The position numbers and the translations under genes are program-made. From positions 1 to 55,806 of the forward strand of contig CATLDI010000003.1 in NCBI GenBank assembly GCA_949902805.1: 55,806 bases of DNA. The letters are read 5' to 3'. Below are positions 1 through 9,940 of the stretch, in pieces (position 1 is the first letter of the stretch; the number at the start of each line of letters is the position of its first letter). This DNA is from an uncultured Clostridiaceae bacterium (GTDB lineage Bacteria; Bacillota; Clostridia; TANB77; CAG-508). A model generated the notes under the pieces. That model was given only the letters and a program-made list of their open reading frames with translations. It had not been told where the DNA came from and ran no database searches.

Positions 1-69
1 TCCATCACTATTCATAAGCATTATCATACTTTTATTTTTAGCAACATCTACACTTAATACTGTTTTCAA
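1..69 (-). mobile_element. IS110-family transposase/recombinase, 5' end (runs off window)
   Basis: TTG at 69 after AGGTG RBS; reads MKTVLSVDVAKNKSMIMLMNSDG, resembling the N-terminal DEDD/RuvC-like 'xDVAK' strand of IS110 transposases. Only 23 codons visible. Confidence 0.7.
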
Positions 70-322
70 AATTATTCACCTACTTTCTTTTTGAACTTAA
101 GTCTTTTACCTCTACTATTATTTCATCTGGCTTGTTATATAGAGTCGAAATCGCCCTCACTATCTAAAACTAAATTAATAATAGGAATAAAAGTCGAACC
201 GTCAATAAAAATAGATTCTAAGACCTCTGTAATTTGATGTTCTAACTTAAATTCTTTGTAAATAATTTTACAACCAAAAAAATTAGATGTAAACTCATTT
301 ATTTACATCTAACAGTATACCT
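70..322 (-). mobile_element. Putative IS110 left non-coding end (candidate bridge-RNA region)
   Basis: ~250 bp non-coding stretch between the truncated pilin ORF and the transposase start; hairpin TTAGATGTAAA-n-TTTACATCTAA at 283-312. Boundary approximate. Confidence 0.5.
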
Positions 323-712
323 GTAATTTGCTATTTATTTTAAATTCATATGGATATTTATTCAATTTTGTATATATTGATGTGTTATTTCCTACTGTTA
401 TTTTTTCTTTGCTTGCTACCTTACTTTCTAATGCTACATATTGAATTTCGTTATCTTTATAAAATACATCTGCTAGTTCTTGTAATGTTGGCATTTCTTC
501 CTTTTCTGTATATTTATTTGTGCTGTTGTTATTTTTAAATTTATTATATCTGTTGCTTGTTGTTTATTTGTAGCTTCTTTTGCCTCTTTTGCTTTTGTAA
601 ATATTCCATTTTTTCCTATACTTAAATATATTCCTACACTTGCTAATATTAGTAATACTATTATTGTAATTACAAGTGAAATTAGTGTTATTGCTTGTGC
701 TTTCTTTCTCAT
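309..712 (-). pseudogene. Type IV pilin-like (class III signal) protein, frameshifted near 510 and 3'-truncated
   Basis: MRKKAQ-AITLISLVITIIVLLILASV...GKNGIFTKA; continues in another frame as 309..494 (EMPTLQELAD...) and ends abruptly at KLQVYC* next to the IS110 end. Confidence 0.75.
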
Positions 713-941
713 TTGTTTTCCCCTTCCTATTTTTATAATTAATATAATTATTTTATATCAAATTTTTGTTATTATTGTTGATAGTATCAATAATAATTTT
801 TTAATCAATAGCTTTCTTAAAAAGTTTTCCTTATTTTTATGATCGATACCTCATATATGATGCTCTACTCCAATTTTATTTAATCTTTTACATAATTTGT
901 GTTATAATATGAATATAATATTAATTTTAGGAGGGTTTCTT

Positions 942-1253
942 ATGAAAAAACGGTTAAAAGGATTATTTTTAGTTTGTATCATGTGTATTGCTCTCACAGG
1001 GTGTGGAACAAAATCTCTTCATACTCAGGATATTGCTGAACTTTCAGAAAAAGCTTATGGTCTGCTTCCTATTAATGAATCTAAAACAATGTACTATAAT
1101 CTCAATGATTATCATGTTCTTGTTTTAGATGACTATTACCAAAGATATGGAAAAAACTATATAGAGTTTAATGATCTCATAGTTAATGGAAAAGCAGTAT
1201 ACTATGATACAGAAAATGATTGCTTTACAACTGAACCTATTCAGAACAATTAG
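942..1253 (+). CDS. Small hypothetical lipoprotein
   Basis: AGGAGG RBS before ATG 942; basic N-terminus, hydrophobic stretch, lipobox LTGC. Confidence 0.8.
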   Translation: MKKRLKGLFLVCIMCIALTGCGTKSLHTQDIAELSEKAYGLLPINESKTMYYNLNDYHVLVLDDYYQRYGKNYIEFNDLIVNGKAVYYDTENDCFTTEPIQNN

Positions 1254-1288
1254 CCAATTGGCTAAGCCTTTCATTTACAATTCAACAT

Positions 1289-1324
1289 AAAAATAAGACT
1301 CTTTGCTAAGAGTCTTATTTTTTT
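1289..1324. terminator. Bidirectional intrinsic terminator
   Basis: AAAAATAAGACTCT-TTGCTA-AGAGTCTTATTTTT between convergent genes. Confidence 0.8.
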
Positions 1325-1341
1325 ATATTTTCAAGTTATTT

Positions 1342-3945
1342 TTACATATTTCCATAATAACTATCTATTAAAATTTGTTTTAGTTCTTCAACTAATGGAA
1401 GACGTGGGTTTGCTGTTGTGCATTGGTCTTCGAATGCTCTGTCTGCTAGCATATCTACTTTGCTTAAAAATTCTTGCTCATCTACACCTTGTTCTTTAAA
1501 TGATGCGGGTATTCCTAAGTCGCTATTTAATTTTTTAATTTCTTCTATTAGTGAATTTACTCCTTCTTCATTTGTATATGCTGGGAAGCCCATTCTTCTT
1601 GATAGGTCTGCATATTTTTGGTCTGCTATGAAGTATTCGTATTTAGGGAATGATACAAATTTTGTTGGTTTAGTAGCGTTGTATTTTATTACATATGGAA
1701 GTAATATTGCATTTATTCTTCCATGTGGTAAGTGGAATTCTCCTCCTATTTTGTGTGCTAGTGAGTGGTTTACTCCTAAGAATGCATTTGTGAATGCCAT
1801 TCCTGCTATTGTACTTGCATTGTGCATTTTTTCACGAGCTGTTCTATCACTTCCATTGTTATATGCTGTTCTTAAATTTTTGAATACTAGCTCTACTGCT
1901 TTTTCTGCTAAACCATCTGTATAGTCTGATGCCATATTTGAAACATATGCTTCTATTGCATGTGTTAGTACGTCCATACCTGTATCTGCTGTTATTCTTT
2001 GTGGAAGGCTCATTACTAGGTCTGGGTCTATAATTGCTACATCTGGTGTTAGTTCGTAGTCTGCTAGTGGATATTTTTTGTTTATTGTTTTATCTGTAAT
2101 TACTGCAAATGAGGTAACTTCTGAACCTGTTCCTGATGTTGTTGGTATTGCTACCATTTTTGCTTTTTCTCCAAGTTTTGGGAATTTATAAGTACGTTTT
2201 CTAATGTCCATAAATTTTAGTTTTAAGCCTTCTACATCTGCATCTGGGTGCTCGTAGAATAGCCACATACCTTTTGCAGCATCTATTGGGCTACCTCCAC
2301 CTAATGCTATAATAACATCAGGCTTAAATTCATTCATCATGGCAACTCCCTTTTTAATTGTATCAAAAGAAGGGTCTGGCTCTACATCTGAGAATATTTC
2401 TGAATGAACATATTCATTTCTTTTTCTTAAGTGGTATAATATTTTATCTACATAACCAAATTCTACCATAGATTTATCTGTTACTATAAATGCTCTTGTT
2501 ATATCTGGCATTTTTTCTAGGTATGATATTGAACCTGCTTCAAAATATATTTTATCTGGAACTTTAAACCATTGCATATTAACTCTCCTTTTCGCAACTT
2601 TTTTAATATTAATTAAGTTTACACTTGATACATTTGATGTTGTTGAGTTTCCTCCAAATGAGCCACAACCTAATGTTAGTGATGGCATATTTGTGTTATA
2701 TATATCACCAATTGCACCATGTGTTGAAGGTGAATTAACAATAATTCTTCCTACTTTTACCCTTTCAGAAAATCTTCTTATTGTTTCTTCATTTTCTGAA
2801 TGAATAACTGCGCTATGGCCTAAGCCTCCAAATTCTATTAATTTTTCTGCTAAGTCAATTCCTTCATCTTCATTTTCAACAATGTAATATGCAAGAACTG
2901 GACTTAATTTTTCTTTTGAGAATGGATATTCTATACCTACTCCATTTTCGTGTAATACTAATACTTTTGTATCTTGTGGTACTTCTATACCTGCACCTTT
3001 TGCTATATTATATGGGCTTTTTCCAACTATATCAGCATTTAGAGCGCATCCTTTCTCTTCTATAAACATACTATTTCTTAGTTTGTTAGTTTGCTCTTCA
3101 TTTAGGAAATAACATCCCGCTTCTTTCATTAATCTTTCAAATTCTTCATGAATATCATTATCAACAATTACAGATTGCTCTGATGCACAAATCATACCAT
3201 TATCAAAAGATTTTGAAAGAACTAAGTCATTAACAGAAGTTTTTAGCTTAGCTGTTTTATCTATATAACAAGGTACATTACCAGGTCCAACACCTAAAGC
3301 TGGTTTTCCTGATGAATATGCAGCTTTAACCATACCTGTACCACCTGTTGCTAATATTAAATCAACTCCTGGGTGGTGCATAAGTTCTGAAGTGGCAAGT
3401 ATTGAAGGTTCTTCAATCCATAAAATACAATTTTCAGGTGCACCTGCTTTTATAGCAGCATCTCTAACAACTTTTGCTGCTTCTACACTACATTTTTGAG
3501 CAGATGGGTGGAAACCAAAAATGATAACATTTCTAGTTTTAGCTGAAATTATAGATTTAAACATTGTTGTAGAAGTAGGGTTAGTAACAGGAGTAACCCC
3601 TGCAATAATACCAATAGGCTCTGCAATTTCTTCATAGCCTTCTTCTCCATTCTCTTCAACAACTCCAACTGTTTTAGCATATTTAATACTATGGTAAATA
3701 TATTCTGTAGCAAACATATTCTTAGTAATTTTATCTTCATAAATACCACGACCAGTTTCTTCAACCGCCATTTTAGCAAGTTCCATGTGATGTTCTAAAC
3801 CTGCCATAGACATTGCTTTTACAATATTATTAACCTGCTCTTGATCTAATTTCATGTATTCTTCTGATGCCTTTTTAGCTTTCTCTACTAAATCATCAAT
3901 CATAGCCTTTACTCTATTTTCTTCTTCCTCTGTGTACTCTGCCAT
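1342..3945 (-). CDS. adhE: Bifunctional acetaldehyde-CoA/alcohol dehydrogenase
   Basis: 867 aa; ALDH half (TNPTST, FDNGMICASEQ) plus Fe-ADH half (GGGSPIDAAK, PTTSGTGSEVT, HSLAH). Confidence 0.98.
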   Translation of the reverse strand: MAEYTEEEENRVKAMIDDLVEKAKKASEEYMKLDQEQVNNIVKAMSMAGLEHHMELAKMAVEETGRGIYEDKITKNMFATEYIYHSIKYAKTVGVVEENGEEGYEEIAEPIGIIAGVTPVTNPTSTTMFKSIISAKTRNVIIFGFHPSAQKCSVEAAKVVRDAAIKAGAPENCILWIEEPSILATSELMHHPGVDLILATGGTGMVKAAYSSGKPALGVGPGNVPCYIDKTAKLKTSVNDLVLSKSFDNGMICASEQSVIVDNDIHEEFERLMKEAGCYFLNEEQTNKLRNSMFIEEKGCALNADIVGKSPYNIAKGAGIEVPQDTKVLVLHENGVGIEYPFSKEKLSPVLAYYIVENEDEGIDLAEKLIEFGGLGHSAVIHSENEETIRRFSERVKVGRIIVNSPSTHGAIGDIYNTNMPSLTLGCGSFGGNSTTSNVSSVNLINIKKVAKRRVNMQWFKVPDKIYFEAGSISYLEKMPDITRAFIVTDKSMVEFGYVDKILYHLRKRNEYVHSEIFSDVEPDPSFDTIKKGVAMMNEFKPDVIIALGGGSPIDAAKGMWLFYEHPDADVEGLKLKFMDIRKRTYKFPKLGEKAKMVAIPTTSGTGSEVTSFAVITDKTINKKYPLADYELTPDVAIIDPDLVMSLPQRITADTGMDVLTHAIEAYVSNMASDYTDGLAEKAVELVFKNLRTAYNNGSDRTAREKMHNASTIAGMAFTNAFLGVNHSLAHKIGGEFHLPHGRINAILLPYVIKYNATKPTKFVSFPKYEYFIADQKYADLSRRMGFPAYTNEEGVNSLIEEIKKLNSDLGIPASFKEQGVDEQEFLSKVDMLADRAFEDQCTTANPRLPLVEELKQILIDSYYGNM

Positions 3946-3979
3946 ATTAAAATCTCTCCTTCTTTTGTTTTCTATTAAT

Positions 3980-4007
3980 ATTATATATTAACATGAAAAA
4001 AAGTCAA
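3980..4007 (-). promoter_or_regulatory. Sigma-A-like promoter of adhE
   Basis: TTGACT-16 nt-TATAAT on the minus strand just upstream of the adhE RBS. Confidence 0.55.
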
Positions 4008-4147
4008 CAATTTTTTGTCGATCTTTTCTTTTAAAATTTGCTATTTTTTATATTTTTGTTTTGGCGCAAAATGAGAAAGGACGCATTAGAAAATTTCCTG
4101 ATATGTCCTAGTTTATGAAATTATAATGAACTAATTTTTAATAAGAC

Positions 4148-4318
4148 CTAATACTGGTCTCTCCAAAAGGTTCTGATGCTTGCCTCCTCAGCTTCGTCGT
4201 CACAACCCTCTCCCACCATCAATCGTCTTTGAAGTTCTTTAGGATTGTTCATAAGATTCCTTATTTCTCTTTCCCGTTCCCATTTTTCTTCTTCATCCAT
4301 TCCATAACAATTTCCCAT
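4148..4318 (-). CDS. Small hypothetical protein (56 aa), not in ORF track
   Basis: GGAGGT RBS then ATG; MGNCYGMDEEEKWEREREIRNLMNNPKELQRRLMVGEGCDDEAEEASIRTFWRDQY*. Confidence 0.6.
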   Translation of the reverse strand: MGNCYGMDEEEKWEREREIRNLMNNPKELQRRLMVGEGCDDEAEEASIRTFWRDQY

Positions 4319-4480
4319 AGTTTTACCTCCTATATTTAACCTTTGTTAATAGTTACATCAATACTTTAACATAATTTTGTATTGCTGTCAACTTTTTATG
4401 TTTATCTATTGATTTTTTCTATATTTTTTTGTATAATACATACGTAACTTATAATATATTTTCAATAAGGAGGAATAATT

Positions 4481-5269
4481 ATGATGCCTTTTAACAATTT
4501 ACTTTGCGGTGGAAAAAACAAAATCGATTTACATGTACACACTACTAAGTCAGATGGAACTAAAACACCAAAAGAGACTTTAATTGAAGCAGAAGAATTA
4601 GGTCTTAATCAAATTTCCATAACAGATCATGAAAGTGTTGATGCTTATCCTGAAGTAGAAGAATATCGGAAGTTATTTAGTGGAATTATTATTCCAGGAA
4701 TAGAATTAAAGACAATCTGCCAAGGAAGAGAAATTGAATTACTTGGCTATGGTATAACTGTGAAAGAAATGAAAAAAAATTTGCCAACTTTGTATAAAAG
4801 TAAGAAAGAGATTAACAAGTCTTATTTAAGAGCAATTTTAAAAGTATTAAGAGAACATGGTATTATTTTACCTAAAAATACAGAAGAACTATATACAGAT
4901 TTTCTTGTTCAGCCTGCCAAATTTGTGACAAGTATTATCTTTAATGATTTAGAAAACTTGAAGTATAATACTGATACTTTGTTTTCTGACCAGATAGAGC
5001 ATACAAATAAAGAAAGTCTATATAGAGGATGGCTTACGAATCCTAAAAGTAGATTTTATGTAGATTTTCGATCATATCCTAATTATCAAGATACAATCGA
5101 TTTAATTTGTTCATGTGCTGGTAAAGTATTCATTCCTCATATTTTTCAGTATGGTGATTTTTCAAAATCAATATTAGCTGAATTATTACAAACTGAAAAA
5201 TATCTTATTGGTTTCTTTACCTCTTCGGTACAATTTCTAAACCATTTTTTTCTTTCTACTACTTTGTAG
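4481..5269 (+). CDS. PHP-domain phosphoesterase (TrpH/YciV-like), C-terminus probably truncated
   Basis: DLHVHTTKSDG, ITDHE, PGIEL, IPH motifs; the terminal GGSDxH motif is missing and the last ~20 aa look aberrant. Confidence 0.8.
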   Translation: MMPFNNLLCGGKNKIDLHVHTTKSDGTKTPKETLIEAEELGLNQISITDHESVDAYPEVEEYRKLFSGIIIPGIELKTICQGREIELLGYGITVKEMKKNLPTLYKSKKEINKSYLRAILKVLREHGIILPKNTEELYTDFLVQPAKFVTSIIFNDLENLKYNTDTLFSDQIEHTNKESLYRGWLTNPKSRFYVDFRSYPNYQDTIDLICSCAGKVFIPHIFQYGDFSKSILAELLQTEKYLIGFFTSSVQFLNHFFLSTTL

Positions 5270-5462
5270 CCCTCAATTAAAAAAGATTGCCTCGCACATA
5301 CTAATGCCATATTCTTTTTCTCCTTTACTTTAAATAAATTATTATTTATAGTTCCTAAAAAATCACTATTAATATTTTAACATAGTTTACCATAATTTGC
5401 AACTAATTTTAATTTATCCCTTCCATTTCCTAAAATAATGTAGTATAATAGCAATACATTGT

Positions 5463-5517
5463 AATTAAGGGCTGTCCCAAATTGGCCAAATGGGACAATT
5501 TGGGACTGTCCCTAATT
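5463..5517. repeat. REP-like palindrome, GGGAC/GTCCC family
   Basis: AATTAAGGGCTGTCCCAAATTG...CAATTTGGGACTGTCCCTAATT nested inverted repeat in the leuS leader. Confidence 0.65.
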
Positions 5518-5543
5518 GAGAAAAGAGAGGATGATTTTAGGAG

Positions 5544-7961
5544 ATGGCTTATAATTTTTTAGATATTGAAAAAAAATGGCAAGATTATTGGGATAAAAAT
5601 GAGTCTTTTAAAGCTGTTACAGGTGATGATAAAAAAGACCCTTATTATATTTTGGTTGAGTTTCCTTACCCTTCTGGAGCAGGCTTACATGTTGGGCATG
5701 TTAGAAGTTATACTGCGCAAGATGCTCTTGCTAGAATGAAGAGAATGCAAGGTTATAATGTTTTATATCCTATGGGTTGGGATGCTTTTGGTGCTCCTGC
5801 TGAGCAATATGCTATTAAAAACCATATTCACCCAAAAGAGGCTGTTAAGGAAAATATCGCAACTTTTAAAGGTCAAATGAAGGACTTGGGCTTTTCTTTT
5901 GATTGGTCTAGGGAGTTTTCTACTACTGACCCCGAATATTACAAATGGACACAATGGCAATTTTTACAATTTTATAAACATGGTATGGCTTATAAGGATA
6001 CTATAGCTGTTAATTGGTGCCCTACTTGTAAAAGCGTTTTATCTAATGAAGATGCTGCTGGTGGTGTTTGTGAAAGATGTGGTTCTGGGGTTGAGCAAAG
6101 AGAAAAGGCTCAATGGATGCTTAGAATGAGTGATTATTCTGAAGACCTACTTAAAGGTTTAGATGATACTAACTTTGCTGATAGAGTTAAACTTGGACAA
6201 ATTAACTGGATTGGTAAGTCTACTGGTGTTGAACTTGATGTTAAAATTAAACAAGGTGGAAGCTTTTCTATTTTCACTACTTGTATTGAAACAGTTTATG
6301 GTATAACATTTTTTGTTATTGCACCAGATGGCAAACTTATTAAAGAACTTATGCCTAAGGTTACTAATAAAGAAGAAGTTAATGAGTATATAAAAGAGAC
6401 TGCTAAAAAGAGCAGTATGGAAAGAACTGAGCTTAATAAAGGTAAGACTGGTTGCAAGCTTGAAGGTATTAGTGCTATTAACCCTATTAACGGAAAAGAA
6501 ATTCCTATTTTCTTAGGTGATTTTGTTTTAGGAGATTATGGTACAGGTGCTGTTATGGCTGTTCCTTCTCATGACCAAAGAGATTTTGAATATGCAAAAG
6601 AACATAACCTTGATATTATTCAAGTAATTGATGGTAGAGATATTAGCGATAGTGCTTTTGAAAAACAAGATTATTTAGGTAAAGGATGCAAACTTATAAA
6701 TTCTGAAGAATTTACTGGTTTAACAGTAGAAGAAGCTAAAGATGCTATTACTGAAAAATTAGTAAATATGGGTATTGCAAGAAAAGTAAATAATTATAAA
6801 ATGAGAGACTGGATTTTCTCTCGTCAACGTTTCTGGGGTGAACCTATTCCTATGATTCATTGTGAAAAATGTGGATGGCAACCTATGAAGGAAGAGGACC
6901 TACCTTTATTATTACCAGATGTTGCAGAATATGAGCCTACTGAAAATGGTGAAAGCCCACTTGCAAATATTACTGATTGGGTAAATACAACTTGCCCATG
7001 TTGTGGTAGACCTGCTAAAAGAGAAACTGATACAATGCCTAACTGGGCTGGTTCTAGCTGGTATTTCTTAAGATTTATGGATGCTCATAATGATAAAGAG
7101 TTTGCTTCTATGGACGCTATGAAATATTGGAATAGAGTTGACTGGTACAATGGTGGTATGGAACATACTGCAAGACATTTACTTTATGCAAGGTTCTGGG
7201 TTCAATTCTTATATAATATTGGATTAGTACCTAATAAAGAAATGATTTGGACTCGTGTAAGCCATGGTATGGTACTTGGTTCAAATAATGAAAAAATGAG
7301 TAAGTCTAAGGGTAATGTTATTAACCCTGATGATATTGTTAATGAATATGGTGCAGATACTTTAAGAGTTTATGAAATGTTTATGGGAGATTACACACAA
7401 GATGCTCCTTGGAGTACAGATTCTTTGAGAGGTTGCAAACGTTTTATTGATAAAGTTATTCGTTTGAAAGAAAAAGTTGTTGATGGAGATGAATATTCTC
7501 CAAAACTAGAAAGTATAATTCATAAAACTATTAAAAAAGTACAGACTGATTTAACTACTATGTCTTATAATACAGCAGTATCAGCATTAATGATTTTAGC
7601 AAATAGTTATGATGACGAAAAAACTATAACTAAAGAAGATTATAGATTACTTTTAACATTATTAAACCCAATTGCTCCACATATTACAGAAGAGCTTAAT
7701 GAGGAATTAGGATTTAAGCCAATATGCCAATCAACATGGCCTATATATGATGAGGCAAAAACAATTGATAGTGAAATAGAAATTCCTGTTCAATTTAATG
7801 GAAAACTAAAGGCTACAGTTACAGTTCCTTTAAATTCAGAAGAAGCAATTGTAAAGGAAGTTGTCCACAAAAACGAAACAGTTTGTGGATTACTAGAGGA
7901 TAAAACTATTATTAAAGAAATTTATGTTAAAAATAAAATTTATAATATTGTTATTAGATAA
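5544..7961 (+). CDS. leuS: Leucyl-tRNA synthetase
   Basis: 805 aa; FPYPSGAGLHVGH (HIGH), KMSKS, GTGAVMAVPSHDQRD editing motif. Confidence 0.98.
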   Translation: MAYNFLDIEKKWQDYWDKNESFKAVTGDDKKDPYYILVEFPYPSGAGLHVGHVRSYTAQDALARMKRMQGYNVLYPMGWDAFGAPAEQYAIKNHIHPKEAVKENIATFKGQMKDLGFSFDWSREFSTTDPEYYKWTQWQFLQFYKHGMAYKDTIAVNWCPTCKSVLSNEDAAGGVCERCGSGVEQREKAQWMLRMSDYSEDLLKGLDDTNFADRVKLGQINWIGKSTGVELDVKIKQGGSFSIFTTCIETVYGITFFVIAPDGKLIKELMPKVTNKEEVNEYIKETAKKSSMERTELNKGKTGCKLEGISAINPINGKEIPIFLGDFVLGDYGTGAVMAVPSHDQRDFEYAKEHNLDIIQVIDGRDISDSAFEKQDYLGKGCKLINSEEFTGLTVEEAKDAITEKLVNMGIARKVNNYKMRDWIFSRQRFWGEPIPMIHCEKCGWQPMKEEDLPLLLPDVAEYEPTENGESPLANITDWVNTTCPCCGRPAKRETDTMPNWAGSSWYFLRFMDAHNDKEFASMDAMKYWNRVDWYNGGMEHTARHLLYARFWVQFLYNIGLVPNKEMIWTRVSHGMVLGSNNEKMSKSKGNVINPDDIVNEYGADTLRVYEMFMGDYTQDAPWSTDSLRGCKRFIDKVIRLKEKVVDGDEYSPKLESIIHKTIKKVQTDLTTMSYNTAVSALMILANSYDDEKTITKEDYRLLLTLLNPIAPHITEELNEELGFKPICQSTWPIYDEAKTIDSEIEIPVQFNGKLKATVTVPLNSEEAIVKEVVHKNETVCGLLEDKTIIKEIYVKNKIYNIVIR

Positions 7962-7968
7962 AATATAT

Positions 7969-7997
7969 AAAACTGGTAGAATTCTACCAGTTTTTTT
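7969..7997. terminator. Intrinsic terminator after leuS
   Basis: AAAACTGGTAGAATTCTACCAGTTTT palindrome plus T-run. Confidence 0.8.
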
Positions 7998-8024
7998 GTG
8001 TATTTCTTTTTTGAATTTTTGCTT

Positions 8025-8402
8025 TTATGCAACTTCTCGCAGAGCTGCTACAGGGTTACCACTTTCGAGAACCTGTTTGATTTCATGATACTTCATATCT
8101 TCGAAGATACCATTCAGGGTTTCAATGTCGTATTCCTGAAGTAACTTGATAATTGCCTTGTTTGCTACCTTCTCGTTTCTTTCTTCGTCCTCCTCCTCAT
8201 AGATGTCGTTTCTCCACTCAAGTATTACTCTTGCCTCAGTGATGGTCGCCAGCAAAATAGCTACCTCTGTTTCGTCAACATCCGGAACTTTTCCTGTAAT
8301 GTATTCTACCCGTTCTACACTTACTCCGATATACAGATCCTGGATATCTGTTACAAAAAATTCTCCGTCATGCTTCTCAACTCTGGTTGTTTCCATATTC
8401 AT
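8025..8402 (-). CDS. Hypothetical acidic protein
   Basis: AGGAGG RBS supports ATG at 8402 (MNMETTR...); no family recognised. Confidence 0.65.
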   Translation of the reverse strand: MNMETTRVEKHDGEFFVTDIQDLYIGVSVERVEYITGKVPDVDETEVAILLATITEARVILEWRNDIYEEEDEERNEKVANKAIIKLLQEYDIETLNGIFEDMKYHEIKQVLESGNPVAALREVA

Positions 8403-8553
8403 TAAAGAATACCTCCTATAAATAAAATGTTTTGTTATATATCTATTGTACATCATTTACATAACTTTGTCAAATTTATTAATTACTGCAATACTAAATT
8501 TTTATTGTTACAGTTTAGTAAGAATATAAATTATTGATTTATTTATTTCAAAT

Positions 8554-8710
8554 TGTAGGGGCGATTATCAATCGCCCGCTCTTTCTCGAAACTATCTGAG
8601 AAATAATTTATATTTAAGCAATTTCGTTGAAGCCTCGGGCGATTACACTAACGCATAACTTATCTGTAACTCACTAACGTTCGAACCGCTAAGAAATAAT
8701 CACACCTACA
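8554..8710. repeat. Inverted doublet of GTAG-type REPs (REPIN-like) with an insert in the second loop
   Basis: TGTAGGGGCGATTATCAATCGCCC at 8554 and GGGCGATT...AATCACACCTACA ending at 8710. Confidence 0.7.
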
Positions 8711-8749
8711 TTATAAAAAAAATTTCTTCTTACTTAACTATAACTTTTA

Positions 8750-9706
8750 TTATTCTTCTATTATATTTTCTATTGAATCTTCCCTCATTTTCTTTATTAA
8801 ATTACAACTGTTATTTAATTTTTCCTGTTCTTCTGCATTTAAATCTAATTCCATTAGTTCTCTTACACCATCTTTATTAATTATTGCTGGTACGCCAATA
8901 TATACATCATTTTGCCCATATGCACCATTTTCTAAATAAGTAGATACTGTAAGTATTGAATTTTCATCATCTAATATTGCTCTTACTAAACGGTTTAGAC
9001 TCATTCCTATTCCATAATATGTTGCTTTTTTCTTTTCTATTATTTCATATGCTGCATTTACTACTCCTTCATGTATTTTCTTTAAGTCTTCTACTGGTTT
9101 TCCTGAGTCTTTCATTATATCAATAATTTTTTTACACCCTATATAGCAATGTTCCCATGGAACAAATGAAGAATCACCATGTTCTCCCATTATATATGCA
9201 TGAACATTTTTGCTAGATACCTTCATATAGTCTGCTATCATATAACGAAGTCTTGCTGTGTCTAATACTGTTCCTGAACCTATTACTCTATTCTTTGGTA
9301 GTCCTGATACTTTATATACTACATATGACATTAAATCTACTGGGTTCGAAGCAACTATTATAGTACCATTAAAACCACTTGCCATTATATTTTTAGTTAT
9401 ATCTTTTACTATTTTTGCATTTACTTCTGCAAGTTCTAGCCTAGTTTGACCTGGCTTTTGAGCAACACCTGCAGTAATAACTACTATTTCTGCATCCTTG
9501 CAATCACTATAGTCTCCCGCTTTTATTACCATTTTTTGAGGTGCAAAAGGAAGCCCATGTGACAAATCCATTTCTTCCCCTATAGTTTTATTTTTATCTA
9601 TATCCACTAAAACAAGTTCTCCTATTCCACCTCTATTAAGCATTGAATACGCCATACTCATTCCAACAAAACCTGTTCCAACTAAAACAATTTTTCCATC
9701 TTTCAT
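8750..9706 (-). CDS. ldh: L-lactate dehydrogenase
   Basis: GTGFVG, QKPGQTRLEL (Gln specificity residue), SNPVD, GTVLDTAR, GEHGDS. Confidence 0.95.
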   Translation of the reverse strand: MKDGKIVLVGTGFVGMSMAYSMLNRGGIGELVLVDIDKNKTIGEEMDLSHGLPFAPQKMVIKAGDYSDCKDAEIVVITAGVAQKPGQTRLELAEVNAKIVKDITKNIMASGFNGTIIVASNPVDLMSYVVYKVSGLPKNRVIGSGTVLDTARLRYMIADYMKVSSKNVHAYIMGEHGDSSFVPWEHCYIGCKKIIDIMKDSGKPVEDLKKIHEGVVNAAYEIIEKKKATYYGIGMSLNRLVRAILDDENSILTVSTYLENGAYGQNDVYIGVPAIINKDGVRELMELDLNAEEQEKLNNSCNLIKKMREDSIENIIEE

Positions 9707-9940
9707 AATCAATCTCCTCTTTTCTTTTTTATTTCTTTTATATTATACCACTTTTTTTGCATTTATAATACTTGAATTGTAAAATTCACATCTTAATTAT
9801 TATTCACTAGCGCGAAGGGTTAATATGTTTTATTTTCAATCAAGTAATAAAAATGTAATAAAAGTTTAACACCTTTGTAACCCTTCTTTTGCTATTATAT
9901 TGTATAATATACTTGTTAAAAATTAACTAAGGAGAAAATA

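Noticed and set aside
473-520. Frameshifts near 510, 19062 and in the HNH gene as part of the CGG-N system
   Set aside because: No CGG at the junctions; they are AT-run indels typical of decay or sequencing error.
5400-5543. T-box riboswitch before leuS
   Set aside because: Leader is short and lacks the T-box consensus; the structure present is a GGGAC-type palindrome.
9770-9800. Rex operator upstream of ldh
   Set aside because: TTGTAAAATTCACA has the wrong spacing for the TTGTGAA-n4-TTCACAA consensus.
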